From: an uncultured Deinococcales bacterium
GTDB taxonomy: Bacteria > Deinococcota > Deinococci > Deinococcales > JAAFIG01
Assembly (NCBI GenBank): GCA_964244895.1
Contig: CAXTKV010000041.1
Location: 15,177 to 30,722, forward strand
DNA length: 15,546 bases
Reading direction: 5' to 3'
Shown: positions 14,232 through 15,546 of the stretch, one piece after another
Numbering within the stretch: the first letter of the stretch is position 1
How the letters are laid out: every line of letters begins with the position of its first letter
Translations under genes and position numbers: made by a program
The notes under the pieces: model-generated
What the model was told of the DNA's origin: nothing
The model's database searches: none
The model's input: the letters and a program-made list of their open reading frames with translations, nothing else

Positions 14232-15461
14232 GTGCTCGAGCACCATTTTGATCTCAACGATCCCGATTTCATCCGCGATCCGTACCCGACGCTGAAAATC
14301 CTGCGCGAGGAAAAACCCGTTTACCGCGACGACGCGTACCACAAAACGTTCGTGTTGCGCCACGACGATATTTCTGCGTTGCTCAAAGACCGCCGTCTGG
14401 GACGCCAGATCACGCACGTATTGAGCCGCGATGAACTCGGCTGGCCACCGCCGAACCCCAAGCAGAAGCCCTTCGATGACTTCCAGGAATTGCACCTGCT
14501 GGACCGCGAACCCCCCGACCACACGCGTCTGCGCGCGTTGGTGCAGAAAGCCTTCACGGTCTCCCGCGTCGAATCGTTGCGCGAACGCATCGCGGCGGTG
14601 GTGGACGGCTTGCTCGAGAAAACGAGCCCGAACGGCCTGGACGTTCACGCTGACCTGGCCGAACCCTTGCCCGTGGTCGTGATCGCGGAACTGCTGGGCG
14701 TCCCGGAAGAACACCGCGCGAAGTTGCGCCCGTGGAGCGCCGCGATCGTCAAGCTCTACGAACTGGGTTACTCCGATGCGGAAGTCGAGGCCGCCTCCAG
14801 CGCGGTGCTCGAGTTTGGTGACATGCTGCGCGGCCTGGTCGAGGAGCGGCGGATCGCGCCCAGGGACGACCTGATCAGCGCGCTGGTGCAGGTGGAAGAA
14901 CGGGGCGAAAAACTCACGGTGGACGAGCTGATCGCCAACTGCATTCTGTTCCTGAACGCGGGCCACGAGGCGACCGTCAACGGTACGTGCGCCGCCGTGC
15001 TGGCGCTCGGGCGCAACCCGGCTGCCAGAGAACAACTCGTGCAGGCCCAGGAAAGCGCTCCGATCTGGAAGACTGCCATAGAAGAATTCCTGCGCTACGA
15101 CACGCCCCTGCCGATGTTCGAGCGCTGGGTGCTCGAGGATTTGAGGTTCGATTCGAGCGGTGGTGCGATCGAACTCGAGCGCGGCCAGGAGGTCGCGCTC
15201 TTGTACGCCAGCGGCAACCGCGACCCACGCCGTTTTGAGCGCCCCGACGAACTCTGGCTGGAACGCGCGGATAATCCGCACCTGACCTTCGGGCTGGGCA
15301 CGCACTACTGCATCGGCGCGCCGCTCGCGCGGCTCGAGATGAGCCTGGCGCTGCGCGCCTTGTTGCGTCGATTCCCGAATTTCAAACTCGCAACGAACGA
15401 CGTGCAGTACGGCCACGGCTTCGTGATTCGCGGCTTGAAGACGCTCCCGATCATCGTCTAA
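14232..15461 (+). CDS. Cytochrome P450
   Basis: DPYP N-terminus, PPDHTRLRALV, I-helix AGHEAT, ExxR (EFLR) and heme-ligand motif FGLGTHYCIG. AGGGG RBS before GTG 14232. Confidence 0.96.
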   Translation: MLEHHFDLNDPDFIRDPYPTLKILREEKPVYRDDAYHKTFVLRHDDISALLKDRRLGRQITHVLSRDELGWPPPNPKQKPFDDFQELHLLDREPPDHTRLRALVQKAFTVSRVESLRERIAAVVDGLLEKTSPNGLDVHADLAEPLPVVVIAELLGVPEEHRAKLRPWSAAIVKLYELGYSDAEVEAASSAVLEFGDMLRGLVEERRIAPRDDLISALVQVEERGEKLTVDELIANCILFLNAGHEATVNGTCAAVLALGRNPAAREQLVQAQESAPIWKTAIEEFLRYDTPLPMFERWVLEDLRFDSSGGAIELERGQEVALLYASGNRDPRRFERPDELWLERADNPHLTFGLGTHYCIGAPLARLEMSLALRALLRRFPNFKLATNDVQYGHGFVIRGLKTLPIIV

Positions 15462-15514
15462 GCGAAACGACACCGTTCTTGCTCACGGAAGAGCACCTGC
15501 CGGGCTGTTCGCGC

Positions 15515-15546
15515 TCCAGCACGCGTTTACGAACATGCGTGCTGGA
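15515..15546. repeat. Dispersed repeat inverted pair after the P450, cut by the window end
   Basis: Seen: TCCAGCACGC (15515-15524) / GCGTGCTGGA (15537-15546). A fragment ACACCGTTC also lies at 15470-15478. Confidence 0.75.

Noticed and set aside
14217..15473. 418-aa - strand ORF
   Set aside because: It is an antisense shadow of the cytochrome P450, which carries all the diagnostic motifs.

Overview
GC-rich (roughly 63% by eye) bacterial chromosomal window, most likely Deinococcota. The lineage is inferred from lptB next to a DUF3084-like gene, TANNNT boxes 6-7 nt before start codons and a Deinococcus/Thermus-like hypothetical protein. Gene order: a conserved hypothetical with a near-consensus sigma70 promoter and a GNRA terminator; an Lrp/AsnC regulator divergent from a + strand cluster (two YedA-like EamA transporters, flavodoxin-fold reductase, cupin, DJ-1/PfpI, cysteine hydrolase, a possible small ORF, GNAT); a - strand run (sensor kinase, OmpR-family regulator, MacB/FtsX-type ABC permease and ATPase, lptB, DUF3084-like protein); and a divergent cytochrome P450. 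The genes are ordinary. The unusual signal is in the DNA itself. (1) The palindrome CTCGAG occurs about 68 times by manual count, against about 5 expected, and in all reading frames. (2) A dispersed REP-like hairpin family, consensus about CTCGAGAA[C/G]ACCGTCCAG[C/G]ACG, occupies most intergenic spacers. (3) A 143-bp MITE-like element carries GTAG-type REP hairpins. (4) There are several short tandem repeats. No CRISPR array, rRNA, tRNA or transposase gene was seen.
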